Shown here one piece after another: positions 61,201 to 64,000 of a DNA stretch of 64,000 nucleotides. Position 1 is the stretch's first letter. Every line of letters starts with the position of its first letter. The DNA is from Schmidtea nova (taxonomy: Eukaryota), in contig CM097883.1 in assembly GCA_044892505.1 (NCBI GenBank), positions 154,380,001 to 154,444,000 of the forward strand, read 5' to 3'. The notes beneath the pieces were generated by a model. It did not search any database, had not been told where the DNA came from, and saw only the letters and a list, made by a program, of their open reading frames with translations. The translations under genes and the position numbers were made by a program.

Positions 61201-64000
61201 TTGAAAAGCAAAAGAATCTTTTCACAATGATGTGCTTTCGAAATTCATGGAAAAATACAGAAGTACGGACTTCATCTCTAAAGAATGATGGTAAACTCTG
61301 GAGTAATTATAGTGTTAAAGTGTATCTAAAGCGATATCTAACTAAGATAATTTTTTAGCAGCAGTTGAGCTATTTTGTAAATGATTTTGAGAGAAAAATT
61401 GTAATTGTGTTTTTTAATAAAACATTTTTGTTAAAACTATATTCGTTCTTATTTACACGCAACACCTAATATTATATTTATAAAGATTATTGTTTGGAGT
61501 CCGATAATTAATTGATTCATAAATTGTGAGGAAAAAATATTCTGTGTTGTTTCATAACCACTGATACGAACCGAACATTAATTTTATATAATTTTTAAAA
61601 TTCCTCGTCCTGGAATGTAAAATTTTTTAAAAAAATTTCAAAAAATTTAGAAAACAGAAATTTATCAAAAAATCTTATAAAAATATTTTTTCTAAGTAAT
61701 TTTAATTCTTTGTTGTGAATTTAAGTTCAACCAAATAACAAAAAATGAGAACTTTCGGCATGAAAGAAACTCCTTTGGTCTCAACTGGTCAATGAACTTT
61801 ATTTTTCAGCTAACAGTAAAATATTATTCTTTCAGTAAAAATTTAAACTTTGAAAAATTTTCTGGAAAAATTGGGAAAAAAGAATCAACGAAAAAAGTCA
61901 AAAATTTCATCCTTTTTCCAATTATTTAATCGCGCCTACTTTGGCTAATGACGTCAAGAGTGAGAAAAACAATTTTTATGGAACTTCGTTGACAGAATCT
62001 GGCATAATTTTCTGATATCCGCACGCTGCATGAAATATATGGGAGGAAATCAAGTGTTCAACTGGGGAAGTTAGGATATAATATAATTGAGTGATATTTT
62101 ATCTGTGGATTTAAACAACAATATACGTAATAAAAGTAACAATCCGAATAAAATGGGATAAAAATAGAATGTATCTAAATAGTGCATTTGTTTATTTCCA
62201 TATGTTGATAAATTGTGGTCAGAAAACATTTGATGAATTAATCGAGTAACAATTTGATAATTATACGATTGAAAGCCGATTAAAACAAAATAAATTATTT
62301 TTACGAAATTTAAAGCAATGACAAAATTTTGTTGTTGTTGATACGCTTACGAAACTCAATTTTGCCATGACATTTTTTACAATTTAATAATTTATTAATA
62401 AAAATATTTTTTTTCCATATAATTCGTTACAAATTCTTTTCGTTAAGCGAAGCGTAGAGCCGTCATGGAATAATATTAGACCTGAGGAAGGGTTGAGAAA
62501 ATTTGATTTTAATGCAGTAGAGGTTAGGTTTTAGAAGATTTCTTTAAAAAACATCCGTTACACATTACGAAACGTTTTATTTGCCATAACATACTACGAT
62601 GCAATATATTTTTACGTTAGTGTAGGAGGCTGGCAAGATAAATTGTTCTGTTATTTTCCCCCAGGCCCAAATCTATCTAATTATAAAACGAAGAAAATAT
62701 TAAACATAAAATTTATTCAAAAAATTTTTTTTCAGATTCATTTAATATTAATTTCTGACTTCTGATTTCTGTTTATGCTTGTTTGTTTGAATCAACTTAA
62801 ATTCAACTTTTCATGTATCAGAAAAAATCAGTGATTAGAATAGTCGACGAGAGACGCATTAGTTTGTTTTTGTTATATTTTGTTTTATTTAATGATCTAT
62901 CTGCAAAACAAGATTGTCAGAAATCTCCGGCTTTTTTATTCATGTGAAATTGTGAGAAAGAAAAATGAACAAATTGATAAATTAATTTATTGAGCTAGTT
63001 TTTGGATTTTTACAATTATCTAATAAACAACAAAAAAATCGATAATTTTTATGTATTATTTGCTATTATGTTTATAATTTAAAAAAAATAATTGATTAAT
63101 TAATTAATGATAAATCATTGAATAAAGTCTTGGAAAAATTAATTCCAAAAAAATTAACAGTTAAACTATCGATAACTTTATTCCGTATTTTTTTGATTCT
63201 ACGACTCCAAAAAGTGAATTGTTATAATCGATACAATTTCTAATGGCAGACTTATTTTGAATTTATCGTAAAATGAATCAGTATTATTTATTTATTAAAT
63301 ATTATAATTGAGCCCAAATAAATTTTAAAAATGTAAGAACAACTTTTGAAATTAATTACTTTTGACTTGGATTAATTAAATTCCAATTTTAATTTAATTA
63401 AATGAGATTGAAGAACCGTTTATTGTGGATTCCGCAATCAAGGGGTTGACAATATTGATAATAATAATTCTCTTGTGTAACTTTCAATTGTCAAAAAATG
63501 GTTAAAAGCACTTTTTTCAAAATTTTTCCCATTACAGATTTATAAAATAAAGAATATTTTTTGGAATATCCAAAATATATGCACGCAGATTAAAAAAATA
63601 ATAAAATAAATTTTCAAATTGTATGAAATTATATGAGCTGTACATGTGCGATTGAATATAAAGAATTTAAAAATGGGAAAATTTATAATAATTATTATAT
63701 ATAATTTCAGTATATATTTAATGTGGAACCGGGTACTTCTCTCAAATCAGGGGTTGAGAAACTATGATTTATAACTAGATATCACCAGTAAAAGACCACG
63801 CGAGGTACTAGCACAATTTAAATGTTATATTTCTCATAGATCAGCAAAATTATATCAAAATATCTATTATTTAGGTTGGGCTGGCGGAATCGAAAATAAA
63901 TTTAAATTAAATTTATCAAAAATTAAATATATATAAAAGGAAACACATTCAAAATGCACGATAAGACGTTAAACAGTAAAATAACGCAAGGGTAAATAAA

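Overview
This is AT-rich eukaryotic genomic DNA from a gapped draft assembly, very probably a flatworm: it carries an intact EF-hand + dynein-light-chain (TAL-family) gene and short 42-56 nt introns. Two host genes can be rebuilt by hand. The first is a + strand signal-peptide/LRR/Ig protein (exons 8362-8512, 8561-8761, 23291-24228 and an Ig exon from about 32614). The second is a - strand 169-aa TAL protein (5 exons, 56025 to 44609). Most of the rest is transposon debris: Ty3/Gypsy remnants and solo LTRs, Penelope-like fragments, several mariners, hAT MITEs and a Polinton/adintovirus-like PolB relic. The standout is a nearly intact ~6 kb two-ORF non-LTR retrotransposon on the - strand inside LRR intron 2. 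It is of the restriction-like-endonuclease type (NeSL/R5-like). ORF1 has a PUB-like segment. ORF2 has three tandem Ulp1/C48-fold units (only the first catalytic), RT, a CCHC knuckle and a PD-(D/E)xK nuclease. Its stop codon lies inside a 5S rRNA-like sequence (11393-11275) that keeps the Pol III internal promoter and terminator. This suggests a 5S-rDNA-targeting or 5S-carrying RLE retroelement. All calls come from manual reading; no database searches were run.
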